Assembly (NCBI GenBank): GCA_014728175.1
Contig: WJMA01000015.1
Location: 72,646 to 136,645, forward strand
Reading direction: 5' to 3'
Length of the DNA stretch: 64,000 nt
Source of the DNA: Candidatus Fermentibacterota bacterium
Lineage (GTDB): Bacteria; Fermentibacterota; Fermentibacteria; Fermentibacterales; JCC-6
Positions 44,401 to 53,598 of the stretch are shown in pieces. Made by a program: the position numbers and the translations under genes. How positions within the stretch are numbered: the first letter of the stretch is position 1; each line of letters starts with the position of its first letter. The notes under the pieces are model-generated. The model made no database searches, had not been told where the DNA came from, and saw only the letters and a program-made list of their open reading frames with translations.

Positions 44401-47331
44401 ATGCGAGTCTACCGCGAGAGGGTTCTTCTGGTCGTCGCTGTCGTTCTGTCTTTCGCTCGGATCTGTTGGAGCGACAACTACTACGGCAGGCACGGCCACA
44501 ACTACATCTACCTGGAGAATGTGGGCGAGGACGAGTACGACACCCGCGAGTACATGCCGGTCGTATGGGATGTACGCAACGCCTTCTTCCAGCTGAGGGA
44601 CTACTACTGCAGCTACGGCTGGGACGACGACTCCCAGAGGGATTACGAGAACACCTACGAAGCGCTGGACAGTCTCCTCCAAGAGGGGGAATCGTACGGC
44701 ATCAGCTTCGCCAACTGCCGCTCGGAGCTCCGGATCATGTCCGATACCGAGCTGGAGAGTGGGCCGGAAGAAGGCCAGTACTTCGTCGAGGTGGCAAAGC
44801 TCGCCCGCGAGGCTTCGCTTCATCTGATCGCGGGCGGGTTCGAAACCGACCTCTCGTCAGCTACCCACAACGACCTGGTTGTCGACTACCTCTCGGAGTA
44901 TGCCGACTATGGAAGCTGGTTTCCCGGCGAAGGGGATTTCCTCGGGGTCTTCGGTTTCGACGAGCCTGATGCCAGGTACGAAGGACCGAGCTGGGAGAAC
45001 TGCGAGTACAACTATGAGTGGTACAAGCTGGTGGACGTCTACGCAGATGACAGCCGGCAATGCATTTCCGAAGATATCCTACCTTTCGGGACATTCCTGG
45101 TAAGATGGAAGACGAAGGATGAGGATTCTCTCTATTACAGGGAAACCATCCCTCTGTTCTGCGAAGAGTTGGAGGCGCCCATACTGGTCAAGTACCCCCG
45201 CAGATTCCGCAGGATCGACGACTACCGGGATTTCCCCGACCAGATCCAATTCGAAGAGATTATCGGATTCACGGATCTGCTTCCATCCGGTTCGGTCGAC
45301 TACGGGGCGTACGCCTCGCATGATGAGCTGTTCGCCGTCGACGACGAGGGTACGCTTCGCATCTACTCGTTCGTCAACGCGAAATCCCAGACCGATACGA
45401 TGGAAGTAGTCCGGGTGGACAGCCTGGAACTCCCGCCGGCACTCGGCACGAACCCGGTTTGGGCCGCCAGCGACTTCCGCGCGATTGACATAGGTGACAG
45501 ATCGTCCGCTGCCAATCTGCTCAACGGAGCGGTTGCCCTCTTCAATCCTGCCGACCCGTCCGTCAACCTAGTAGCGTTCCACGACGGCTCCGAGATAGCC
45601 TATCGAACCATAGAGGGCTTGGCGTCCAACGCCATCGCAACGGATGTCTGCTGCGTTGGTGAGTGTAACTACCCCATCCACCATGATTCGCCGCAGGACC
45701 GCAGAGGAGGGCTGATAGGCCACGGGGAGCTTCGGATACTGGTCTGCTTAGAGCTGTTCGAGGGTACTCCCCCGCACAAGGTACACAGGGCAATTGTATT
45801 CGAATGGAACGGAAGCAGCTTCGCCAACGTGACAGGCAGCCAAAAGGGGATAGAGCTGGACGTGGAACCGGACGGCGCCGCGTGGGGCATCTTCTGGCCC
45901 AACCACAACTACTGGAGTATCAGCGACGGTGTAGAACAGAGCGGCTTCCTTGTCTACAACACCGGCACAGGTGCCTATCAGGCGGTGTACGAAACCGAAG
46001 ACGACCCGGAATTGTGGACCGCGTCCGATACCCGGCAGGACGACATCTTCGAAGCGGGCGAGGAGCTGTTCGTTGCCAGGCGCAGCAATCGCTTCCCCTG
46101 CTTCACCGCCGGAATGGACTACGTCTGTCGCCTTATCCCTGGCCAAAGCGTGGGCGGTTACGACGCAGTCCTCGACTTCCGAACCGGCTTCGGGCGCGAC
46201 CAGGACGAGGCCCTCAGGGCCTTTCAGAGCGCCCCCTTCGATCTTCCCGGGCAATACACCTTCTCCAACGTGAACGACGCCTGCTGCTACAGGCCCCTCA
46301 GGTACGGGAGGGACGACCATCTCCTCGTCTCGATCGACAATGGTGTTGCGTCCTACATCTACCGGAGCGATGATCCGATCGACTTTAGAGCCGCCGAGGT
46401 GGGCGGGGAGCTAGAGATCGAGTTACTCACATCTGACAAGCTCGAGGTCGAGGCAACCGATGCGCCATTGCTCGCCACAGGCAGAGTGTACGGCGTCAGA
46501 AGGCCTGTAAGGTCGTTATTAGCTGACAACTCTGACACCGGGCATCCGGATCGGGTGTCTCTTCTGCGTGCGGATATAGACGTCCAGGGCACAGGAGACC
46601 TCTTCCAGGATTACGACGACGCTCTGGATACGATGTTCGTCTACGGGATAGATGGAACCGACAGGAGCAACTGCCTGCTCCCCAACGTGCGGTGCGCCGG
46701 CAGGGCGCAGGACGGCCAGCTGTCGTACTACGCCTCGCAGGATACGTTGCTGTACCTGATGGCCTGCCCTGTCGTTCACGGTGCCCGGGGGCTGCATCTT
46801 CGTGCGCTGGACTTCGCCCTGATGTGTGGCAACGGAGGCCCCCCATACCCGGCGAACCTCTACCGCTGTCCTCCGCTTCTTCTCAACTGGGGTCCGGGTG
46901 TGGACAAGGATAACGTGGACATGCTGTCCCGTGCGTACGGCGTTCTGCGTATGCTCACGGGCGAGGGCACGAGCAACCCCGACTTCCTGTCGGCTCTGAT
47001 AGACGAGAACTGGGAGATACTGGATTGGGATCACGCCCAGAACGCTACCTGGGAGAGTGGGTTCCAGCCCGACCCCGACAACGACTGGCTCAACTTCGTG
47101 GCTCTGGAGCATTCGGTCTCCGAGGAGGTACTTGTGATAATCGTCAACGATGGTCCGGCGAAGGTGGAGGATGCGTACATCGTCTTTCCGGGCAAATGGG
47201 CCGAATCGTACGACAAGCACCACATCGGCGGCTTCGAGGAGAACATGCTGCGGGACAAGCCGACACTCTGTCTGTTCTACGATTTCGTACCCGCGTACTC
47301 CGCCAGCCTGTACTGGCTGGAGCGGAAGTAG
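44401..47331 (+). CDS. Large secreted hypothetical protein (~976 aa), possibly glycoside-hydrolase-like
   Basis: Long ORF, signal peptide, acidic and aromatic-rich; FDEPD and VHGARGL motifs. Confidence 0.75.
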   Translation: MRVYRERVLLVVAVVLSFARICWSDNYYGRHGHNYIYLENVGEDEYDTREYMPVVWDVRNAFFQLRDYYCSYGWDDDSQRDYENTYEALDSLLQEGESYGISFANCRSELRIMSDTELESGPEEGQYFVEVAKLAREASLHLIAGGFETDLSSATHNDLVVDYLSEYADYGSWFPGEGDFLGVFGFDEPDARYEGPSWENCEYNYEWYKLVDVYADDSRQCISEDILPFGTFLVRWKTKDEDSLYYRETIPLFCEELEAPILVKYPRRFRRIDDYRDFPDQIQFEEIIGFTDLLPSGSVDYGAYASHDELFAVDDEGTLRIYSFVNAKSQTDTMEVVRVDSLELPPALGTNPVWAASDFRAIDIGDRSSAANLLNGAVALFNPADPSVNLVAFHDGSEIAYRTIEGLASNAIATDVCCVGECNYPIHHDSPQDRRGGLIGHGELRILVCLELFEGTPPHKVHRAIVFEWNGSSFANVTGSQKGIELDVEPDGAAWGIFWPNHNYWSISDGVEQSGFLVYNTGTGAYQAVYETEDDPELWTASDTRQDDIFEAGEELFVARRSNRFPCFTAGMDYVCRLIPGQSVGGYDAVLDFRTGFGRDQDEALRAFQSAPFDLPGQYTFSNVNDACCYRPLRYGRDDHLLVSIDNGVASYIYRSDDPIDFRAAEVGGELEIELLTSDKLEVEATDAPLLATGRVYGVRRPVRSLLADNSDTGHPDRVSLLRADIDVQGTGDLFQDYDDALDTMFVYGIDGTDRSNCLLPNVRCAGRAQDGQLSYYASQDTLLYLMACPVVHGARGLHLRALDFALMCGNGGPPYPANLYRCPPLLLNWGPGVDKDNVDMLSRAYGVLRMLTGEGTSNPDFLSALIDENWEILDWDHAQNATWESGFQPDPDNDWLNFVALEHSVSEEVLVIIVNDGPAKVEDAYIVFPGKWAESYDKHHIGGFEENMLRDKPTLCLFYDFVPAYSASLYWLERK

Positions 47332-47474
47332 GGGCGCTTCGGTCCTGGTGGGGCACTAGCCACGACTTTAATATTGGAAGGTAGGTGTTGGGGCGGAACT
47401 CTGGATTAACGGCACGCGATCCTGAGGTGGGCCTTGAATGTAGATCTCGGCAAGGCGGGTTGGAGGAACCCGGA

Positions 47475-48731
47475 ATGCTGACCTTCCTTCCGTCATGGTC
47501 CCTGAGACAAGTGTTCCTCAGATGCGCATTACCCCTGGCCATTGGAGTCCAGGTAGCGGGGGTGATATGCATCGAGCCCATTAATATGGATAGCCATGAG
47601 TACATTGCTCTTGCCCGCGGCCTTTGCGAGCATCAGGAGTACTCGGCACCACGGGGGCTGAGCGGGGTAGACAGTTTCACCGGCGAGTCTCCGACCCGTC
47701 TGCGACAGCCCGGATACCCGGTTTTCCTGGCGTTTTTCTATTGGGTCTTGGGTCAGAAGGTGCTCGTCGTTCAGATCGCCCAGATGGTACTCAACTGCCT
47801 TGCCCTCTGGTTCATGCTGACGGCGGCGGACTGTCTGCTGGATGGCAAGCTGATGCCGTGGGCTGCCGTGTTTGCCGTGCTTTATTTTCCTTGGCTGATC
47901 CTCTCGAGCATGATCCTGGCCGAATCCCTGTTCATCGTTCTTCTTTGGTCGGCCGTCCTTGCGATGGCCAAGTCTGTTGTGCTCGATGGAAAGAGGTGCT
48001 ACTTATTCTCTGGGATTCTCATGGGCGCCGCGGTGATGGTGAAGCCGATAGGCTTGCCGGTTCTGCTGCTCTCGGCTGTCCCGATAGCAGTGGTTTTGGG
48101 ACTGAGAGAGGGGCTGAGATCCTGGTCGCTGGTCGTAACGGGTTGTCTGATATGCGTCGTTCCATGGGCCATCCGGAACTACGCCGCTCTAGGTGAGATA
48201 ACCGTTCTCCCGAGCACCTCGGGCTATAACCTATGGGTTGCCGCAAGACCGCTCGGAGCCGAGTGGTGGGACTCATCGGAAGAGTTCACGTGGGCAACGG
48301 AGGACTGGAAGCGCTACTACATAGACCGACGTGCTTCTGAACGCTTCAGAGAGCTCGCCATTGCCAGACTCGAAGTGGACGGTGCATTCGTAGTAGCAGG
48401 CAGGGCATTGCTCCGGACCTTCTCAGCGTGGTTGAGGTTCCCGGGCACAGGTAACCGTGTTGGCTGGAACCCAAGCTACGTTTCGTTGACCGCCGTCCAG
48501 TTGGCCATGGTCGTGCTGGCGATTCTCGGGATCATTCGGCTGAGAAACAGAAGATCGCTGTTTCTCTTGCTCCCGGTTGTGGCCCTTACAGCCTGTCTTC
48601 CGGTATCCAAGGGTCTCACCAGATACCTGTTGCCCGGCATGCCCGGGGTTGCTCTGTTGTCCGGACATGGCCTGTTGAGCATGCTGAGGTTGGACGTCAG
48701 AAGAGGTGAGGGTGTTGGCAATAAGCCGTAG
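47475..48731 (+). CDS. GT-C membrane glycosyltransferase (GT39/ArnT-PMT-like)
   Basis: DSHEYIALA, RQPGYPVFLA, LAESLF, PWAIRNY, RYLLP; multi-TM; start approximate. Confidence 0.75.
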   Translation: MLTFLPSWSLRQVFLRCALPLAIGVQVAGVICIEPINMDSHEYIALARGLCEHQEYSAPRGLSGVDSFTGESPTRLRQPGYPVFLAFFYWVLGQKVLVVQIAQMVLNCLALWFMLTAADCLLDGKLMPWAAVFAVLYFPWLILSSMILAESLFIVLLWSAVLAMAKSVVLDGKRCYLFSGILMGAAVMVKPIGLPVLLLSAVPIAVVLGLREGLRSWSLVVTGCLICVVPWAIRNYAALGEITVLPSTSGYNLWVAARPLGAEWWDSSEEFTWATEDWKRYYIDRRASERFRELAIARLEVDGAFVVAGRALLRTFSAWLRFPGTGNRVGWNPSYVSLTAVQLAMVVLAILGIIRLRNRRSLFLLLPVVALTACLPVSKGLTRYLLPGMPGVALLSGHGLLSMLRLDVRRGEGVGNKP

Positions 48732-48998
48732 CCTTGGTCGCCCCAACTGCGAACTGTTAGTCATCTTACGGCCCGCTTTTCTTGCTTCGGCAGCTAGACA
48801 CCCGGTTCTGGAGCTGGGTCAAGGGCGAGAAATGCCCGCTCCCTGATAATTCACTGCCAAGGCAGTGAAAATACCGGTTTCGAACGCCACCAACGGTCGA
48901 ACGGGCCCTTTGAGAGACAATCTTACTACCGGAGCAGTAAAAAAGGGCGTTACGAACCTGGCCCCGATCGCCGGAACACCCTTACGGAATGGGGGCCT

Positions 48999-50165
48999 CT
49001 AGAACTCCACCCCCGCCAGGGTCTCCATCGCGTCTTCCAGCTCGTCGTCGGACAGGCAGCCGAAGCTGACCCTGAGATGCCCCTCGCCGGTGGGGCCGAA
49101 GGCGCTGCCGGGTATGGCGGCTATGCCGTAGCGCTCCAGCAGGTCGAGGCAGGCGTCCAGTGAGTACAGGCCGGTGTTGGCCTTGGCCAGGGTGAAGAAG
49201 CCGCCCTCGGCCGCTCTCCAGTCCAGACCGGGGCTCTGGTCCATCGCCTCTCTGCAGGCGTGAAGCCTCTTCAGCACCCCCTGTACCATCCCGTCGATCC
49301 ACTGCTGCTCCCTCAAGGCTTCCTCGAGCAGGTGCTGGGCGGGAGTGGGAGGGCATATCACCACAGAGTCCTGCACCTTGAGCGCCTGCTCCATCAGGGC
49401 GTTCGGGCCGAACAGGTAGCCCAGGCGCCAACCGGCCATGCCCAGGCTCTTGGAGAAGCTGCCGAAGACCATCACGTGAGGGTCGCCGTTTGGCTTTGCG
49501 GGAGCGTAGTTGGCCCCCTCGAAGTTGAAACGCTCGTAGGTCTCGTCTATTATCAGGAACGTGCCGCTGTCTCTGGTGGCCTCGCACAGCCAGCTCAGCT
49601 CGGGCTCGGATAGGGCCGATCCGGTCGGGTTGCCCGGATTGACCAGCACCAAGGCGCTTACCCGGTCCAGGTTCCGTTCGATCGCGCTCTTCGGGAAGGC
49701 CCAGCGATCGTTCTGGGTTTCCATCGGAACCGAAACCAATTCCATGCCGCTGAACAGGATGGCGAAGACGTGGTCGAAGTAGTAGGGCTCTATGACCATA
49801 ACCCTGTCGCCTACCTCGGTGCAGGCCAGCAGAGCGCCCAGGAAGGCCTGGCTAGCCCCGCAGGTGAGGTGGAGCTGGCCCTCCCAGTCCAGATCTATGC
49901 CCCTTCTCTGCCTGAGGTCGTCGGCCACCGCACGTCTGGAGCTGCTCAGGCCGGGGTCGGGGCCGTACCCGTGCAGCTCTGTGTCGTACAGCTTTTCGGA
50001 GAGGTTCCGAATGGCCTTCTCGGGAGGGGCGTACCAGGGAACCGCCTGGGCCATGGAGAAGACCCTTCGGCCCTCCGACCGCATCTTCCTCACCTTGGCC
50101 ATGATGTGGGCTATGGGAGGGAGGTCTATCTTTTTCATTCTGTCGGAAGGTTCGAAGCTTCGCAT
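48999..50165 (-). CDS. PLP-dependent class I/II aminotransferase
   Basis: NPGNPTG, DETY, SFSKSLGMAGWRLG. Confidence 0.9.
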   Translation of the reverse strand: MRSFEPSDRMKKIDLPPIAHIMAKVRKMRSEGRRVFSMAQAVPWYAPPEKAIRNLSEKLYDTELHGYGPDPGLSSSRRAVADDLRQRRGIDLDWEGQLHLTCGASQAFLGALLACTEVGDRVMVIEPYYFDHVFAILFSGMELVSVPMETQNDRWAFPKSAIERNLDRVSALVLVNPGNPTGSALSEPELSWLCEATRDSGTFLIIDETYERFNFEGANYAPAKPNGDPHVMVFGSFSKSLGMAGWRLGYLFGPNALMEQALKVQDSVVICPPTPAQHLLEEALREQQWIDGMVQGVLKRLHACREAMDQSPGLDWRAAEGGFFTLAKANTGLYSLDACLDLLERYGIAAIPGSAFGPTGEGHLRVSFGCLSDDELEDAMETLAGVEF

Positions 50166-50274
50166 TTCAGTGGCCCCGATTCGTTCTTATGTTTGTCTTC
50201 GTGCGGTTCGATCCGGCGAATGACTATTGCACCGCGTACGCACCCGACGTCAAGCTGAGGGGTTTCCGGGGCCG

Positions 50275-51387
50275 ATGAGAGTAATGGTGAGCGCGAACTG
50301 CAGATTGGACGGCGACTCGGCGGACAACGCGCTGGCCCTGGCCACCATCCTGTCGCGGCGGGGGCACGACGTGCTCCTGCAGGGACGGGAAGGCAACGCC
50401 CCGGTTACCAGGGCGAAACAGCTGGGGATGGACGTGGCCGCGGTAGGCCTGTCGGGAGGTCGCCTCCTGACCGGGCTGGCCGGGTACGCTCGCGTTCTGC
50501 GAGGATGGAGGCCTGATGTGATGGTGGCCTTCCAGGCCGAGGGACAGACCGCCGCGGCTCTGGCAGGGCGGAGGCTTCCCCTGGTAAGGGTGCTGCACGA
50601 GCTGCCCAGATCTTTCCGGGGGGCTTTTCGGAGAATGGTCGACCGCCGGACCGACCTGGTGGTCTTTCCCTCGGAGTTCATGGCTCGGAAAGGATGCGCT
50701 GGAGAGAGGGCCGGTTACGCATCGGTCATACCCCATCCGGTGGAAACCGAGCGTTTCCGGCCTTCGGAAGCGGCCGGAAAGGAGCCGATTCTGCTCTCCG
50801 TGGGCAGGCTGGTCCCCGAGAAGGGCCACCGGGTGCTGATCAGGGCTCTGTCCATGCTGCCGGATGAGGTCAGAGCGGTCATCGCGGGGCCCGAGGCCCG
50901 GTACTCCCGCCGGGACTTGCTGGATTACTCCCGGGAATTGGGCGTCGCCGAGCGGCTGGATTTACCGGGACCGATCGAGGATCCCCGCAGCCTTTACTCC
51001 GCCGCCCGTCTGGGAGTAGTATGCAGCCTGGGCCGGGAGGTGGTTTCCCGGGCGGCCATGGAGATGATGGCCAGCGGGCTTCCCGTTCTGGCCGCGGCCA
51101 CCGATTCCCTTGTGGATCTGGTATCCGATGGCAGAACGGGGCTTTTTCACTCTCCGGGCAACCACAGTCAGCTGGCCCGTCAGGTCTCCTTCCTGCTGGA
51201 GAACCCTTCCGTGGTAAAGGAAATGGGCGCCGCGGCCAGGGACCGGGCCTGCCGGATGTTGAGCTTTGATGTAGTGGGAGAGACCTGGGAGAAGCAATTG
51301 CGGGCGCTGTGTGGCGGGGAACAACACCCGGACTGGCGTGTACCACGTTCGGGGCCGCAATACGCCGGCAACAGCTGGAAGGAATGA
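50275..51387 (+). CDS. GT4 glycosyltransferase
   Basis: VGRLVPEKG, E-x7-E (EVVSRAAME), DGRTG. Confidence 0.85.
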   Translation: MRVMVSANCRLDGDSADNALALATILSRRGHDVLLQGREGNAPVTRAKQLGMDVAAVGLSGGRLLTGLAGYARVLRGWRPDVMVAFQAEGQTAAALAGRRLPLVRVLHELPRSFRGAFRRMVDRRTDLVVFPSEFMARKGCAGERAGYASVIPHPVETERFRPSEAAGKEPILLSVGRLVPEKGHRVLIRALSMLPDEVRAVIAGPEARYSRRDLLDYSRELGVAERLDLPGPIEDPRSLYSAARLGVVCSLGREVVSRAAMEMMASGLPVLAAATDSLVDLVSDGRTGLFHSPGNHSQLARQVSFLLENPSVVKEMGAAARDRACRMLSFDVVGETWEKQLRALCGGEQHPDWRVPRSGPQYAGNSWKE

Positions 51388-51391
51388 TCCC

Positions 51392-52222
51392 ATGGGGCTG
51401 ATACTCGTTGGTTTACTTCTTGTTGTAGTCGGCTTCCCGTTCGCAGAGGAACCGGCGGACTCCCTTCCCGAGCCGGAGGAGTACATTCCCAGATACGTGG
51501 AGAATAACGCTTTCGGGCCGGGGGAGAGGCTGGTGTTCAGCGTCGAGTACGGAATCATCAAGGCCGGAACGGCCACCCTGGAGGTGACCGGCCCGGAGGA
51601 CTACGAAGGTGCCCTGGCCTACAGGATCAGCGCCACCGCCCGCTCCAATCCCGCCTTCAGCACCTTCTTCGAGGTGAACGACGTAAACGAGGCGGTCCTG
51701 GACGCGGTGCAGTTCCATACGCTCCGGTTCTTCAAGAGCCTGCAGGAGGGAAGCTATTCCCACCAGGAGGAGGTGCTCTTCGACCAGGAGGCCGGGATCG
51801 CCAGATACCCCGACGAGACCGACTCCAGCAAGATGGTCTCCGAGATACCACCCCACGCCCTGGACGTTCTCAGCTCGCTTTACTACGCCCGTACTCTTCC
51901 TCTGGAGGTGGGTGAGGTATACGAGCTGGAGACCCATACGGACAACGAGAACTACTCCCTGAAGGTCACCGTCCACTCCCGGGAGAGGATCAGGGTTCCG
52001 GCCGGTTCCTTCGAGTGCGTGATGGTCCAGCCCGAGCTGCGGTCTGAGGGGGTCTTCGACCAGCAGGGGGAGCTATACGTCTGGCTGACTGACGACCAGA
52101 GGCACATGCCGGTGCTGATGAGGAGCGCCATAGTCATAGGCGAGATCGCCTGCCTCCTGGAGGAGTACACCCCCGGCGAGCCCCTGGACATAGAGAACCC
52201 CTTCCCAGATGGCGAAGAATGA
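51392..52222 (+). CDS. DUF3108 family secreted protein
   Basis: Signal peptide, GERLVFSV.YG, D.LSSLYYAR, VPAGSFEC, WLTDD..HMPV. Confidence 0.8.
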   Translation: MGLILVGLLLVVVGFPFAEEPADSLPEPEEYIPRYVENNAFGPGERLVFSVEYGIIKAGTATLEVTGPEDYEGALAYRISATARSNPAFSTFFEVNDVNEAVLDAVQFHTLRFFKSLQEGSYSHQEEVLFDQEAGIARYPDETDSSKMVSEIPPHALDVLSSLYYARTLPLEVGEVYELETHTDNENYSLKVTVHSRERIRVPAGSFECVMVQPELRSEGVFDQQGELYVWLTDDQRHMPVLMRSAIVIGEIACLLEEYTPGEPLDIENPFPDGEE

Positions 52223-53124
52223 CCTCCGAGATCCTCGAGCTGCGCGCCGAGAAGCTTCTAAGGCGGATCGAGGGTGCGGGTTTGTCCGTCGAGCAGCGGA
52301 AAGAGCTGGCCAACGGCCTGCAGTACTCGCTGCGCCGGGAAGAGGAAACCTGCAGAATCAACCTGTACTACTCCCGCAAGAAGGGCTTCTCCATAGTTCC
52401 CGCCGGCGGCTCCGAGGAGCTTTTGGAGCTCGTAGAGGGGCTGGCTGAGAGGCCGGTTCCCAAAGGGGTGTGGTCGGGGTCGGACGAGGCGGGCAAGGGC
52501 GACTACTTCGGAGGTCTGGCCGTCTGTGCCTTCTGCTGCGACGAGACGACCGCCAGTCTATTGAGGCGCTCCGGCGTGGTGGATTCAAAGATGCTGGCCA
52601 ACCTCCGACTGAGAGAGGTGGCGTCCGCTGTCAGAGAGCGGGCCGAGGGTCGGTGGTCCTTGCGCCACGTTAAGGCGGAAGGTTACAACAGGGCGCTGGC
52701 CGGGCTCAGAGGGGAGGGCCACAACAGCCTGGACCTGCTGGCCGAGATGCACGGCGGGGCCGTGGCCGACCTTCTGTCCTCGGGCTGCGCCCCGGATCGG
52801 GTCGTGGTGGACAGGTTCTGCGACCAGGAACGGCTGGCTCCCCTTATGCCCGACGGCGGGTACACTCTGGAGGTGTATCCCGGGGCGGAGTCGGATCCGG
52901 CTGTGGCCGCGGCCTCCATACTGGCCCGGGATTCCTACCTGGACGAGCTGAGCGACCTCTCGGAGAGGTTCGGGGTACGTCTTCCGCCCGGGTCCGGATG
53001 GGAAGCCGACAGAGCGGGGGCCGGGCTGGTCGGGAAGCACGGAGAGCGGGCCCTCGCCTCCGCAGCGAAGCTGCATTTCCAGAATACCAGAAGGGTCAAG
53101 GAGATATCCCGTCTCAACTCTTGA
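52219..53124 (+). CDS. rnhC: Ribonuclease HIII
   Basis: GSDEAGKGDYFG, GVVDSK, VAAASILAR, AKLHF; N-terminal extension. Confidence 0.87.
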   Translation: MTSEILELRAEKLLRRIEGAGLSVEQRKELANGLQYSLRREEETCRINLYYSRKKGFSIVPAGGSEELLELVEGLAERPVPKGVWSGSDEAGKGDYFGGLAVCAFCCDETTASLLRRSGVVDSKMLANLRLREVASAVRERAEGRWSLRHVKAEGYNRALAGLRGEGHNSLDLLAEMHGGAVADLLSSGCAPDRVVVDRFCDQERLAPLMPDGGYTLEVYPGAESDPAVAAASILARDSYLDELSDLSERFGVRLPPGSGWEADRAGAGLVGKHGERALASAAKLHFQNTRRVKEISRLNS

Positions 53125-53233
53125 CAATCCCTTCGGTGAGCACAAATACTACTAGCTCGATGCAGGGGCTGGTTACGCGTTAGATACACTCAACAGCCGT
53201 AAAGTGTACTTCACAGGCGTGAAAGGAGCTGTG

Positions 53234-53593
53234 ATGAGGGGTTTGTTTATAGTCTTGATGAGCCTGTCCCTGGTTCTGCTCGGAGCGGCATGCGGCGAGC
53301 AGGCCGGAGAGGCCACCGAAGAGACTGAAGAAGCGATCGAGGGGGCTGAAGAGGCCGTCGAGGAAGCCGAAGAGGCTGCAGAGGAAGCCGAAGAAGCTCT
53401 CGAGGAGACCGAGGAAGCCGCCGAGGAGGCCGTTGAAGAGACCACCGAAGAGCTCGAAGAGCTCGAGGGAATAGAGGAAGAGGAAATCGAAGAGGAAGTC
53501 GAAGACGTAGAGGAGGAAGCCGAGGAAGTCGTAGAGGAGGCCGTAGAGGAAACCGGAGAGGCCGTCGAGGAAGAGGCTCCGGCTACGGAATAG
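53234..53593 (+). CDS. Extremely Glu-rich lipoprotein
   Basis: Lipobox LGAA-C; mature part about half Glu; AGGAG RBS. Confidence 0.75.
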   Translation: MRGLFIVLMSLSLVLLGAACGEQAGEATEETEEAIEGAEEAVEEAEEAAEEAEEALEETEEAAEEAVEETTEELEELEGIEEEEIEEEVEDVEEEAEEVVEEAVEETGEAVEEEAPATE

Positions 53594-53598
53594 CTGCT

